A stretch of DNA of 63,342 bases, taken from positions 102,536 to 165,877 of the forward strand of contig NMRA01000586.1 in assembly GCA_002633005.1 (NCBI GenBank), in the 5' to 3' direction. A program made the translations under genes and the position numbers. Below the pieces are notes generated by a model. That model worked only from the letters and a program-made list of their open reading frames with translations, was not told where the DNA came from and ran no database searches. Positions 1 through 14,499 of the stretch are shown here, one piece after another. The stretch's first letter is position 1. Every line of letters starts with the position of its first letter. The DNA comes from Phoronis australis. Lineage: Eukaryota; Animalia; Phoronida.

Positions 1-845
1 ATACATGCCAATTTTCACAATCATCCTTTGAGCGGTTTGGTTGATAGAGGGGTTGACGCACAAAAACACACTCGAAAACACTAAAAATGGCCACTAGGTT
101 GTGCAAACTATGTCGAATCCATCTGAAAACGGGAGAATAGCGTCATCTCACTAATAAGTGCCTACATACCAAATTTCATGAAAATCCGTTCAGGACTTTT
201 GAAGATATAAACGTAAGCATAAAAAATTAAATTGCCACTAGGGGGCACACCGGTAGTCGGATCCGTCCGAAAGTTCGCACATGCCGTCCCATTCATGAAT
301 GAAACATATGTGCCAAATTTCATGAACATATGTCAAAGGGTTTTGGAGATAGAGCAGCGGACGCCGGACGCCGGACGGACGCCGCCCGCACGGACGGACG
401 GACGGAGATGACGGCATAATGCGTCCACATATATGCTAATTTTCAAAATCCTCCTTAGAGTGATTTGGTTGAGAGAGGGTCAGACGCTAAAAATAGAGTC
501 AAAAACTGTACAAATGACCACTAGGTAGTGCAAAATACTTCGAATCCAGCCGAAAACGGGAGGATAGCGTCATCTCACTAATAGATGCCTTGAAAATTCG
601 TTGGGAACCGTTGAAGATACAGATGTAAACATAAAATTGCCACCAGGAGGCACACCAGCAGTCGGATCCGTCCGAACTTTCCGTCATCCGTCGTCAGCTT
701 CATAGGAACACATCTGCCAAATCTCATCAAGAACCTGTAAGGGATTTAGGAGATAGACCTACGTCGGACGACGAACGCCCGGACGTTCATACAGAGATGA
801 CGACAATATGCACCCACATATAAAATGTGGGAGCATAACAAAATA
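1..845 (+). mobile_element. Helentron/HINE-like non-autonomous repeat (3' part), two diverged ~430-bp internal units
   Basis: Internal duplication (91-163 vs 518-590), recurring CCAAATTTCATGAA motifs, (GGAC)n-like microsatellite at 359-406, terminal hairpin TATGC-A-CCCACAT/ATGTGGG-A-GCATA (807-837) followed by an A-rich end. Confidence 0.6.
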
Positions 846-1010
846 GGGATTGTAAATCCTTCAATTTGAAACGTTCCCTGAAATTGTCCAGGTTTATTCT
901 CAGCACTATTGAGAATATGATGTGGCGTTTAATGTCCCTGTCAAAGTTAAAACTTAACCAAGCAATGAAGATAGAAGGACAGAAAAAGGTTCTGAAAGTT
1001 CCGGGTTATT

Positions 1011-1323
1011 CAGTGGCGGATCTAGGATACCATAAGGGGGAGGGCCCAAGCTGTTGCCTCGGAGAATTGGGCAAAGCTCGATTGTATGCACAGGCGGCCC
1101 GAAAGTTGCGGGGTCTGGCGTTGTGGACCTGGTGTTGCCAAATTCTATCGGAGGACTAAAAAAGAGAAGAAAAACGGGAACACCACTCCGCTGCGCCCTG
1201 CCCCCATCCCCCCGCTGCCATTCCAAATTGTTGCACTCTTTTCTTCACGCTGTTGCTGCTCTTTATTTTTCCTTACACCAGCCAAGGGGGGCGCTGCCCC
1301 CCACCCCCCTAAATCCGCCTATG
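1011..1323. mobile_element. MITE, CA..TG termini, imperfect 5-bp TSD
   Basis: TIR CAGTGGCGGATCTA / TAAATCCGCCTATG; flanks TTATT / CTATT. Confidence 0.7.
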
Positions 1324-3373
1324 CTATTGTTACTGTTTCGTGCATCTGGGCACTGGTACTAGGCAAACTCCTGGTCATCTGTCAAATTTTAGCTGATCAG
1401 TGTCTGTAAACTTTAGCCTGCACGTTCTTTGTCACTATCTGGTATCTCTTTATCACATACCCACGCACACAAACACACTCCTTGTCTGCCTCTTGTTCCT
1501 ATTCTTATTCTTTTTCTTCTTCTCTGTCGCCATCTTATTTTTTACAAGTAATTGCTACATTATAGGTTACGCTGTTGTATGTATTGTGGGCATTATTTGG
1601 GGCACATTATTGTTCCACCTCGTCATAGCTGGCCACCAGGGCGCGCAATTAAATTCTTTTAACATTAAGGTAGCTGCTGCGGATACATCTCAGTTAGTAA
1701 AGGTTGTGTTTTTCCTAGAAGCCCCAGCCCTCGATTCCTTGCGAAAAAGACCCTGTTTTGCATCATTTGCATCGTACAACTGACAACTGATGTTAATGTA
1801 TTCTTTAAATTGGTTAGGAAATTGATTATAGTTTCATTTTTTCAAGTTAAGTATTTTTGTCGGAGGATTTTGATGACTGTCCGTCAGTCCGTCCTTCCGT
1901 TCATACGTCATATAAAAAGAAAAAATTTAGAATTTGTTCATATTTTGTTACAAAGTGTAGGTGGGCTTTTCTAACTTTTGGGGCATTGATATCATTGTCT
2001 AGGTCACAGTTAGAAAATCAAATGTTTACTAAAAAATACCGTTGGTGCGTTAATTGAAAACGTTAGATTTATTCACATGTTGTTCACACGTTGCGCCAAG
2101 ATCTAAACGAGGCATCTGGTGTAGCATATCTAAAATCAAGTTGTTTTTTTTTTGGTGTGTGCAATTAGGTTCCTCTAAGTTTTCAGTTGTTGAACTGTTG
2201 CATTACACGATTCTGAATATCAGCAGACGTCGATATTCGGAGGCGTCTGTACAGTCGGACAGTGCCGGGGTATTAATAAGCAATCCAAGAGACACTTCAG
2301 CGCTCGTGACGGATGCTCTTTTGTTAAACGGCTTATTTTAGAACAGTCGTAACAAAACAGTCTTGTTGGCATGACACAAGCTGCGGCTCGATTAGTTACA
2401 TGTTTGTAATAGATCGGGGCACCAGTTGTAGAATCTCTGAAACGTTAAACAACGCACAACAAACCCGTTACCATAAAGACGGAAACCTTGGCGGTGTCGT
2501 TAAAACACTTAAAGACCACCGCAAACTTCTTAGCAAAGAATTCTTATCACGCTCACTTTAAAACCCACGCAACACAGACAATCAGTGTCACCTTGACACT
2601 TGAAACATGCGTATTTTGAACAGCAAACTGTTGACGTCGTATTTTAGTTCCTCTGTCAGTAATTAATTGCAACGTATTTTACCCTCGTGTCGCTTTCGTG
2701 CAAAATCCTGCGGTGTTCAGTAAGCAGGGCTATGTATGGGTGTAGTTGAACTTCAGCGCTTATGGTTCTTTGTGCGTGGAAAGCTTTTGTTGTGCTAGAT
2801 ACTGCCTGTAGTAAAGGTTTTGCTCTGTGTTCCATGAACCATTAAGGAACTTATGGCACTGCCCGAATGGTTAAAGAAAGTTAGAAAGATGTTTTTGATT
2901 TTATTTCAGAGTTTCGAAAAAATTCACTTGATAAGGACAATTTCCGTTTTACATTACAAAAAATGCAAAATAGCCTTTTTGCAAACATATGGTCACATGT
3001 TAACTACAAATTGAAAACCGCAATCTGGAACAACTGACATTAGGCCTACTTCTATGCGTTATTTTGGCGTAAGCTTTCACAATGGCATATGCAACTTCGT
3101 TACGGTTTAGTGTACATAGCCAATTAGTTCAAGTTCTTTATCTCATTGTACGAGGGAACAATTTTTCTCACAGGAAGTTGCTCACGCACGAAATTGCTCA
3201 CGGCAGGAAGTAGCTCTCTAACAGTATGCTACGTGTACAGTGTAATCACGCAGGTCATCTTCTAAAGGTAAAGTAATGTGAGTGAACCAAATACAATTAT
3301 TTATTTGAGAAATGATACAACACGAGTAAGTAGCCGTCGTGTACATGTAGGATTATTTATTGAACACATCCAG

Positions 3374-3595
3374 CATGCGCGCACCCAGCCTAAAATATAG
3401 GGGGCTCGAATTCTTGACAATGTGAACCTTTTACTAACAAAAAACGGGAGTCTAAAAAAACGGGGTACGTTGTTCAAAGTGGAATTTTGTCTCCTTTTTT
3501 CGGACTTTTTGTTTCTCTGAGGCGGACCTTTTTGCCCGCTTCGCCAGCTGGGGGGCTCATTCGAGCCCCCCTGAGCCCCCCCGGGTGTGCGCATG
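3374..3595. mobile_element. MITE family B copy 1
   Basis: TIR CATGCGCGCACCC / GGGTGTGCGCATG; flanks TCCAG / TGCAG; homologous to 7777-8032 and 52160-52402. Confidence 0.78.
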
Positions 3596-6500
3596 TGCAG
3601 TACCCAAAGGCGTCGGGACAACGGCAAGAACTGGCGATCACAAAAACACATCGAATTTTTTAGTTTATAGCTCTGGTTTTAGTGCACAACTTCAAGAAAT
3701 TTATTCCATTCGGCAATGATACTGAAATGACTTTTTCGGAGTGAAAACCGATAATGTAGTTTTTAAATCTTAAAGTCTTAGTAAGTCCGCCGGGCGCGTG
3801 AAGCACACAATCTGCCCATATCGTCGAACTACACTAAGTTTAGGACATAATTACGAAAAGTAGTTCTCAAAATGATCTTGAAAACGGTAAAAGTTGAAGC
3901 AGTGAGGTCAGTCGTGTTGCATGGTGTGAATGAGAACCTCGTGGACCTGGAAGCACGGAAAAATGTTTTAGTGAACAGTGTGCAGCGTTAGAAATACACG
4001 CTGGCCTGGGGCCAGTGGATTTGCAGCTGGGCCAGTAAACTTTCACATTTAGGCTCATGCATGTGGATGTGTCAGTCTAATATTCAAGTAACCGGCCCGC
4101 CGGGCCAGTACATTTATTTGCTGAGGCTATTGCCCGCGCCGGGTGTGCCCTCTGGTGCTCGTCATCTCCGTTCTCAACATGGCTAGACAGCTCGGGTGTT
4201 TAGATTAAGAGTTAGGTTGGTTTAACCTGTTCCATAGTAGGTTCCCAATTGGTTTTGATCAAGTCATCGGTATCGTACCGAAAACTGCCGTGTCAGGGAC
4301 CTTGGTCTGGGAGTTTTCTGGATAGTTTTGAACTATATACACTGCTATGATTCCGATATTCTTCCGCGTGAATACGAAACGATAGATGGCGTTACATGTA
4401 CATGTAACTGCCCATACTGCTTATATCACTCCGCAAACTATATAATTGCTTTTCGCCTCACAGTTATAACATTTCCATGAAGATAAAGTGCAACTTGTGG
4501 GTCCAAATCTCCTCGCCTTTGATAATTGTACGACGTTTTTGCGAGTCAGTTGGATCTCAGATCTCTTCGGAGGCTCCACGTTCGCATCATACGTAGATAA
4601 ATATGGCAAACACGTCAGCGAAGCCCATTTTTGCTGTAAAACAATGGCGTAGAATAAAGCGGACTAAATATGAATATTTAATGTAGGTTTTGCAAAATTA
4701 AGCTTGCATATACTGGCTTGAATATGACTTTTAATGATTTTTCAAAATTTCAATCCGAGTTTTGAGCTTTTTCACACAGTGCTAAATTAATCTAAAATTT
4801 TACTATTCACATTCGTTATGTCGTCACCAAGTTCGTTGTATCACGTCATAAGAGTATATTTTTGGTGTTTTCAATTACATCGTGTGTAAAAATAAGTACA
4901 GAATGTTATATCCATTGTGTTTTCGAAAAACATCGCAGGCACGTTCACTGAAAGACCGTGACTGCACCTTAAACTCTTGAAACGATGAAGAAAGAACAAT
5001 AATGTTTCACCCATCAGAATGGCTCAAAAACAGCAAACTTAAATTGCAAATAACAAAAAGGAAACGGTACACTGTCTTCCTGTCGTTTCGATGGTTGATC
5101 CTTTCTAAACCATTTCCACCAACAATTGATCACGCTTTTACGATAATCCCCACACCTCGGATTCAACTCTGTTTTTGACGATACAGAAAAATGCAATGAA
5201 TATATTTTGGAAGGTACATTCAGGATACCTCATACTCTTGGAGACTCGGGTCGGGCAAGTGGGGAACGATTTACCACCTCTACTTTTCCTAGGACCCAGA
5301 TGTAATGTTTTCTTGTGCGTTCTAGGTTAACTCTTATTATTGTACATTGCATTTTCGCAATAGACATTATTTTTATCTCAGTGCATTGCAACTGAAAATA
5401 ACAAAACCTAAGCTTTATTGGCATCAGAATAACAAATGCCAATCTAATGCAGTGCAGAAGAGTGATTAGGGCGGCAGCAGTGTACTGTGAGGCAAAAGAC
5501 CTGTACAAACGTATAACATAGGTGAATACCACAAAATCATAGAGGGCGCTTTTTGATATTTTGAGAAGTGGCTAGTGTGTGTTCGCCTTCGCTACGGAAC
5601 AATACAGAAGAGCGTTCCATATACCTAGTTCTTTCGAGAATAGCAAAAATCTTGCAACACAGCGCAAAATCAGGAGATCCAACAGCCAGTGTTTAGCCGG
5701 TATACTGATTGGCTTATCTTAACAACCACTGAAGCGCGTGTCGGCGACGTTCGAGTGTTGAATTGCCCTATGAATTATTGTTTCTGTTCCGTCCATAAGG
5801 GAAGATTTTCCGCCTCACATTTGAAGCTTGTGTCTTGCAGTCTACGGAACTCAGCCCGGTTCATTCTATGTTTATGTATGCCAAAAAAGTATATTTTCTT
5901 TGGCCATAGTACAATGTAGTTCAATGTTCACGTTTTCAATATTCATAACTTGCAAAATACAGCGAAGTGAATAAGAAATGCGGAAGGTGGCACAAGTTAA
6001 TTTAGTAATGCCTGCATTCAGGGATCCGGTCCGTAACGCGACATAGCGGCGAGGAATTACAAATGTAAGTCATAAGAATATGCACACATTTTACGAGTAC
6101 TTAAAATGTCTTGTTACTCGCAAGATAGGATTTCCTCCCAAAAACATTTTGTACAACTACACGGGGAACAACTTCCGGTGATTCTTGGTTTCGAAGCAAT
6201 TCAGATAGTCACGTGGGGCCCTCGGGTTACTCAGGGATGAAAAAGAGACATTCTTTATGTAAATACCGTCCAATAAACATCGAGTGGTTCTATCTGGCGT
6301 TGACAACGTTTTTATACTATAATGCGCGCAGCCAACTCACATTTCTGAGTCATATTACACTTAGATGTCCCGTCACAATACAGGAATGCAGGCCAATAGC
6401 CAGCACTGGTGTCCCATTTACATGGCCCTGTTCCGGCATCCACGATGACTGTCCAACCTGCCGATTAAACAATTCTTATCAAGGAATTTACAGTTTGAAT

Positions 6501-7776
6501 TGAATGTACATGTAGGCCAGATTGAACTAAATGTCACATGTTTTGTTTTTGACAACACTCAAATCTCTGCTAAAAGGGTAGGTTTTAGGCCGGCTACACG
6601 ACAAACTAGGCATATCCCATACACCAAAAATCTAAAAATTCATTCTTCTGTCACAGTTAGTACGAGTGTTAATCCTTGCCTTGATCACTTAAATGAGGCG
6701 CCAATGGGGATTGAACGAGGATTGGTTGAAATTAGCAATATAGGCTATAGTAACCTTTCTGTCAAAAGACAAGTTTTGAACTAAGCCACTTACCGTTACA
6801 AAAGTTTGTCTTATCTTATTTCTCGTTCAGTGAAGTGATATAGGGAGTTCGGCTGAAGATATAATTGCCACTTTTTTCGAAGTTCTGAAATCATCTCCAA
6901 TATGACAAAAAAAGAGTTTGTGACCAATTTCATAACGGGAAGCGGTCAAAATGGAAACAAAATGTTTTTTGATGGAAGACGGACTTATAACCGTTTTATG
7001 TGACGCTTACATGTATGTTACCAAAAATACCTTATTTTAAATCTTACCTAAAACGTTGTCGCAGCCTTGATACCATTTGTTTATGTAAAATCGTCGGAAT
7101 ATGGCTTTGCGGTTATCCCTAGGGGGTAAAGCATACTCTAAAAACAAATGTCGCGTGGTGAAAAGTTGAAAGGATTCCAAACAGAGACGAGGCGCAGTTA
7201 ACATTAGCATGTTATCGCTATTACTTATGCCTGCCGCAGACGGTAGAGTCTGAGCGTAAAGAGTACGTTCAAAACATAGACTGACATCCAGGCAAGATGG
7301 TCACACTTAAGGCATCTTTGGCTTTTGTCTCCTCTGTGGAGGAAAATTGTCAAGCTAAGAACCTGTTAGACGTCGCATTCTGTTTGTTGTCCAAAGGTGT
7401 CGCATCGAGCCTCCTCTTAGATGCCTGGTTTACTGAAGCAGTTCAGTTTGAAACAACGTCAAAGTAAAAATCATGGTTGCTTTGAGGGAGTGACCAAGAG
7501 CCTGGGGTTAAACAGCGCACGTTAACACAACCTCACCGTAATAGACCCCCCAGCCGCCTCTATGGTGCGCCGCCCATGGTTCAGGCACCTGTTCAGTTAA
7601 GCTGTCGGTGAGTCACGTTTGTTTATCGAGCCGTATCACTAAAATAGGGGTTAATTTCATGGGTGCAATGGCCGAAAAAGTTTTGACAATGATTTCTTAT
7701 GGAAATTTTTCTTTGCAAAAATTTTTCTGGCATAGATTTCTTCTACACGCATGTGTCACCAGCTTCAAATATGATG

Positions 7777-8032
7777 CATGCGCGCAACCACCCTAAAATT
7801 GGGAGGCTCGAATTTTTGAGAATGTGGACCTTTTACTAAGATTCCCTGGGTACGTTCAGGGCAATAAATTGTGTATTCGCCAACCTTTGGTAGATTCTGC
7901 CTTTTTAGTGGACTTTTCTCTCGTTTTAAGCCGTTTTTGGAGGTTTCTTTTTCTCTGAGGCGGACGTTTTTGTCCATTTCGCCAAATGGCTGCTTTCGTT
8001 CGAGCCCCCTTCCCCCCTTGGGAGCGCGCGTG
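7777..8032. mobile_element. MITE family B copy 2
   Basis: CATGCGCGC...GCGCGCGTG termini with a perfect 5-bp TSD TGATG. Confidence 0.8.
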
Positions 8033-11000
8033 TGATGTCTGAACTGAAAATAAATGAAAACTTGCCTCGCTAGATAAAAGGATACCAAACCCGGTTTTGG
8101 CCTATTAAGAGCTATTGAAAACGACTTTCCCATCTAGTTCTCTGAAACAAATTAATGCTGTGTAACTAAGCACAACAATACAATCCGGCTCTCTGATTGG
8201 TCAATTCAATAGAAAAGCGCCACCAAGTGGCAGGAATGTGCATAATATTTTGTGCAACAAAAACACCTTTTTTAAAAAAATGTGCAAGTGTAGACGTGGG
8301 AACTTTTTGGAATTTGATTTATAGGTATATTATCTAGCCACATAGAAAAAACTAGGTTGCCCCCCCAAAGTACTCACAAGGATGAACGCTATGAGATCTG
8401 GCCCACCGACTAACCCTCTACAACCCTTAAGAAGTTGGAACACAATTGGAAAACTCCTTACGAAGTTTGCTAAACAGACAAGCGCAAGATAAAAAAGAAC
8501 TATAGGGCAAGGCTACCGACTAAGAACCATCATATCCAATTTGCGACTCGGAGACAATAAATTTTTACTTGAATCGTGCTTTTATAACTCAATTGGACTT
8601 CAGTGATGCTACATGTAGGTGACAGAACGAGGATTGGTTGAAATCACCAGAACAGGTTTTAGTATCCTTTTGACGCTACAACGCCGTCACACCAAAGTAG
8701 TTGTAAAATACATGTGTGCAGAATTGATCACTTTTCTTGAGTCAGGTCATCCATTTAAATACTGGGTTCACATGAGTGGCGAAAATGGTACCAATTTCAG
8801 GGCAAGCTGTGTGCGAAGTAGTCATTGTCGCCGGCAGTTAGTTTGTTACCTCAACACCCGAATCGCTGATTGATTTCAAATCACGCTCCCTCTCTGCCTA
8901 CGCGACGATAAAACAAAGCTCTCTAAGCCCTGCGTGTCCTTAGAAGTAAGAGTCTGGCTATAAAACTGCTGAGTAGATGCCAACAGTTTTGGGATTACTG
9001 AAGCCTCCGATAAAGCCCAGCAAAACTGGACCTTGCGACCGTTCACATTACTGGCGTTTTTTGATGCTAACGAAAGAGCTCACGAAAACGCTAGCTTTTC
9101 AGCCAGCATGTGAACAGGGCGGTTGTTAATTTTTCTACAGAGTGCTTGTTTTAATCAACAGGAGAAGTTCTAATCTCCAGTTTACACTAAATGAATTATA
9201 CAGTCTTAGTAAAGTGCAGTGAATGTCATTTTATGCAATGCCGCTAATATACACATGTTTTATCGCTGGTAAAACTGAGCTACTGATCAATTCGTCAAGG
9301 GTACCATTCAATAGCGGTGTATGTTAAGTGCTTCGTGGACAATAGTGTTTCACCCCACTAAGGCTCCTTGCCATGGTCAGTGTTCCCCGCCCTGGCCGGC
9401 GTAAGTGTTGGATAACTACTCGTGCCCTTACCCATAGACGCTGAAAATTTCCCCGTGAGTAAGTGGTCTGTTGGTCAAGCGTGTGGTCATCAAGTCAGGC
9501 CACGAGGAGTTGGTGAGTCTGGTCCATGTGAACCAGTTCATCTTAGTGCTTCCGCGACCGTCAAAATGAAGGACTTTCTTGGGAACCACATTGTCTTGTT
9601 CGTACAAAGCGACGGCAACCTGGAATCATCAAACGCAAATTACTATTCTACTACTCTTATGAAAGTTCTGAGAAATTAATGTTCACAGGCATCTAGCCCA
9701 CGCACTCAACAAGCAACGTGTGTGCACATTTCTGCATAATAACATTGCGTATGGGCAGGCTGCAGAAGGGCCATTTCAGAGTACTTATGTATACCAACGC
9801 AATCATAATGCTGCGCTGGATCCGTTTTACTCATGAGTTCGCTGGTCAATACAGCTTGTTACTGTGTTACGTCACACAGTGACGTCATGGCAATTGGTTC
9901 AAGAGTAAGCTCATCATGATTTCGGAATCTTACTCGTGTTTTCTATTTTAGCAAAATGGCCGACTCTGAACTGATCGGTCAGGGGTTTGGAACGTTGAGG
10001 GATGAGAGGAGAATCACGTTGTCCATTTATCAAGCGAAGATTTCTCCTAAAAAATGTCTCACGAATCTCTTGCAGCTTTTTAGCATGACGTCATGATAAC
10101 AACAACATCACACATGTACCTGAAGAATAATTAAGTTTGACTTAGTTTTTTCAAACTCACGGTGAAAGCATATATTCGGACCGTGCGTGTTGGTGCACAC
10201 CCAGAAATTCATATTTTCTCCGTTTACAAAATGACGTCAGGTTTAAAGAGCCCTGGAACGAGATAAACAGACTAATGGCAGTGCTAAAAGTGGTGCTGCC
10301 ACCGAAACAGGATTCAACCAGCTCACCAAGTATTTTTATGTTTTTTTATTAAATGTTTTTAATTTCTGTTGATATCAAAATATTTTCTTTTAGTTTCAAA
10401 TTTCAAAAAACTACCTATCAACCGGTCGCCGCTTCGTCGATTTTTCTCCCACAAGGCAAAGCACGTCTCCTTATTTGGTATGGAAAGACATAGACGTATC
10501 ACTTTTCCCTTATATGGAAATGTGACCTTTGACCTCAAGTGACTTCAAGAAATTGCCGGTGAGCGCATGTGTGCATTTCTCATAAGTGGGAGGGAGATTA
10601 GAAATTCTATGGTAACCACAATTTTTCCTTTAGCAAATCATGGATTTTGTGATTTTTTCTGGAAATTTCTTCACAGGGGAAAGTGGATTACTCTGCACAA
10701 GACGTTGCAAGATGATACTTTCGTCCGTCAGGAGTTGTTTAAAAGGTATTTTGACGAGATTTAGCTATCCATGCCTCTTTAGAACACCACTTCGTAACAG
10801 GGGTAAATATCAGGGTGCAACAGTACAAAAATGATGGAACTCCATTCTATGGGTGCCTGGGACAGTCTCAGCCATAAATCCTATCGGAGCAGTTTGTGAC
10901 TACACAATTTTTTTGAAGTGTCGCGCTGGTTCACAATACTTACAAGAGATACTAAGCAAAAGACACTACTCATATATATCCATTTGAACTATATCTTTCC

Positions 11001-13277
11001 AACTCACTAAAAGATTTTCCTCGCCAAAATCTCTCGACTCCCGGCCATTCCCTTGAAGTCCTTTGGACATCAGGAGAACAGTGAAACAATCCTTAAGTAT
11101 GTGTTTTAGCTGGTTCCTGGTGTGCATCGCTTTAAAAATTTGACACCGTTTAACAAATTCCTCATGAAAGACGGTTTTCGTGACTGTTTGAAACAGGAAA
11201 TCAACATTTCCGCCATTCAAAAATTGAAAAATTCACCAGCACATAATCCTCTATCAACGTATATGTACTTACCTTCTTTATGTTTAGACTCGCCCACCTC
11301 TCCACAAACCGGCTTTTGAAGTGACAGCCACAGTGACTGTTCAATGCAGTCTCGAGGGGAGTAGGATTGGACGTGAAGCGGCTTGACGTCCATAAGTCGA
11401 CCACTGATTGGTTGTTTCCACGACTAGCTTTAAAAGCAAGATTCCATCCAGGATAGGGATAGGTGTCTTCACTGCAGAAAGAATGGATCACGCACATAAT
11501 TAACATAGCGTCGTAATGAAAACTACAGTTACGTACCTTGCGTCAAACGTCTACGGGGCAGGGATACACGTCAACTACTTTTTATTTAGTTACGCCATCT
11601 TCCGGATGGTTTGCAGCAACCAACACTGTCACCAATTAGGGCCCGTTTATCCAACATCGTGTGCCTGTCCAAAGCTAATCAGTCTTAGACATTGCGCCTC
11701 AGTCTGAGTCAGCAAAATGCTGCATCGACTTGTGACTGTTGTCACATTCACATTCAACGACCACTCGTCATAAGCGTTAAGGAACTGGCTCAAGACCGAG
11801 TGTATGCCAAAAACGGACACTCGCGTGTATTAAACGACCCATGCGCAAAGCTCGTATACCTAACCTATTGACATTAGAAACTCAGTCCATTTCATATCCG
11901 CTTCACGGTAGCTTGTATTTCGACATTTCAGTGTACAATTCCCGCTGTTGTTAAGAGGCCTAAATAGGTATAATACCGTGAACTAAAACTGGTAATTTTT
12001 CGAATTGCTTAGTTCCTGAAATTGAATCCATTTTAAAGAGTTAAGACCATTTTTACACAAAGAAATACGACAAAAATTAGACAAAGTAGATGCGTTTGGT
12101 TTCGATTCTCTGTTACTCGTTCATGAACCGTGGTAGACAACTACATGTAACCTGCAAGTCGGGCAGATTTAACAGTGAACTACATTGATATCTGGACAGG
12201 GCTGGATTGAAAAATGCTGTCGTCTGGAGTTGATAACCTGCGGGAGGTTTGTAATTTCATGTTTTTGTCAACAGATATTCCCTGCTCAACTGCTAAAATT
12301 CTAAAAGTCTTTTACCATAGTAGCTCCACCCATTATTTGCACCAGATTCTAATATGACAAATAATTCAAATCTAGGATAAATTGAGCAAAACTCACCCTT
12401 TAGCAACACATGCTCCGAGTGCATTAGCTAAAATCAAGTAAGCCGCACTATGAAAGACTGTCATGGCTGTCCGTTGGTTCGTGGTAGCAGAAGTGAACAA
12501 CTTGTACGTATATATTAATGAAGGTGGCTGTTTTATATACGACGTACTTGGCCACGCCTACAGTGTGACAAACGCCCCCCCATTGGACAGACTAAAGGTT
12601 GACATCCAAATACTCGGTAATTTTGGTATATGAGGAACTGTATTCTAAAAACAAATTGCAGTGAGAGTTATCTGTTGTTAGGTTACGATCTGTTAGTCTT
12701 AAAATACAGTAGGGAAAATCACCAGGTCACGTAAATCGCAAAACAGTACCGGCTAAACGACCAATTTCTCGAAGTTTTATTGCGCTTTGCATCCAAAAAA
12801 CCTCGTCGGGCGCACTTTCGATAAAAGGTGGTGAAAGTGTATTCTTTCAATTCGGAAACCTGTAGCCAATATTCACTTTGCAGGAAATTTGAGTACTCGA
12901 AGAGAAGTATGGCCACGATTTTTTAGATATGCGACCAACTCCTGCCTTCTGGGTATTTTTCAGCACGCATTTACATGTGGGCATTGATGCCGTTTTTACC
13001 GACATTTTCTATGCAAGCCTTGTGTTCAAAAGTGCTTCCGTTCAGAACCTTTTTCGGAAACAATCTAAAAAGTTAGGGTACCTATTTGGTGGAGATTTTG
13101 CAAAACACCAAACAAAATACATGCGTGTAAAAAGCACACGAGCATCAATTAAATCTGTAATAACATGATTTTCTAGTAGTGGTTATCAATGGACTAATGA
13201 GATACCATGGCAACACACTTATAAGTACCAAGCACAGTGTAACAGTCGTAAAGGGAGCACAAATAGAGGACTGACAT

Positions 13278-13437
13278 CATAGGCCGGAGCAGGAAGGTCA
13301 AAGGTGTCATGATTAGTCTTTTTTCCTTGATTTTAGTGATATCGAATCTACAATTTTCAAAATGTTTACTTGGTCCTCCCTTTTTAAAAAGATCCTTGAC
13401 CAAACCGACCCCTTTAAAAAAACTAGATCCGCCCTTA
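13278..13437. mobile_element. MITE family C copy 1
   Basis: Perfect 5-bp TSD GACAT; internal TTTTAGTGATATCGAATCTA...ATCCTTGA shared with 34369-34490. Confidence 0.72.
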
Positions 13438-14499
13438 GACATTCAAGTATTCCTAAGGAACTGGATGTCCTACAATCGGTCTTCAATGTGACACTTCTCC
13501 TCAAAAGTGGCTTCAGTATTTTGAGATGACATGCTAGTACTATTTTGGGTGTAGTGTACATTGTGCGAAACAGGACGTTATATTTTAGAAATGTGATTTA
13601 GTAGTCAATAAATAGGTTATTTCCAGCTTGGCTTGGCTATATTTTGCAAATGTTACCATTGTTACGAAATAGCTGAAACTGCACTAAAAGGGTCTAGAAT
13701 ATGTACCCGGTGGTTAAAAATGAATATAAATGTACTGTACACGAGCGCATTCAAGCTCCTGTGCCCAGGCCATATTCCTGAAGATGCGTCACCTTTTGGA
13801 CGTAGGTGCTAACGTCTTCGTGCCAGTCATCATTATGTGACTAAAATAAAGGAACATGTTTGGAAATGTGAACTCATATTGGATCAGCTGTTACGTCACA
13901 TATGGACAGATTACTGGATTTCATTGAAAAAAATTATGCTTGTATAAAAGAATAGACACAGACCAAACGTGTTCATGTAAAAGAGTAACCGCTTGAACCT
14001 AGAAGTGAGCCTTAGGCGCATACGCCTATGTGTAAAACATTTCAGCAAAAGTTATGTTATGTAAAAGGGCAAACTTTCGACAATAAATTATAGGTGTTAA
14101 TGTGCACCCAAGAAGCATAGCTCCTCAACAGCAAACACGGCTCTGGCACCTGCAAACGAGGCTACACACTTTTTGAGTAATGTACGCGATTCGTAGAGTA
14201 CCTGAGTTGTGTTGTTCGGGAAACCTATCTTGATCCCCATCCGCCTGTGCACGGAGTAACGCGTTTTTCTTTTGTCAAGGATGTATATCGGCGCAAGAGT
14301 CCACGCCTCACTTTAGGGCACAGGCACCTATCCGCAAGTGCTTTCAATCGGCAAATTGACTGATTTCTCTATGCCCTTTGAACTTTGCATTTAAACTATC
14401 AATGTAAAAATGAGAGAACTAGTCACACTCACATGCCATTTCAATAAGATGCTCTTTGCTCGATCGTATCTCAGATGGGCGCAGTTACTCAATTTCCTG

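Noticed and set aside
9950-10097. Acceptor-like site plus CAAAATGGCC start and a short ORF
   Set aside because: About 46 codons, no recognisable domain or partner exons; no third gene could be supported in 1-20 kb
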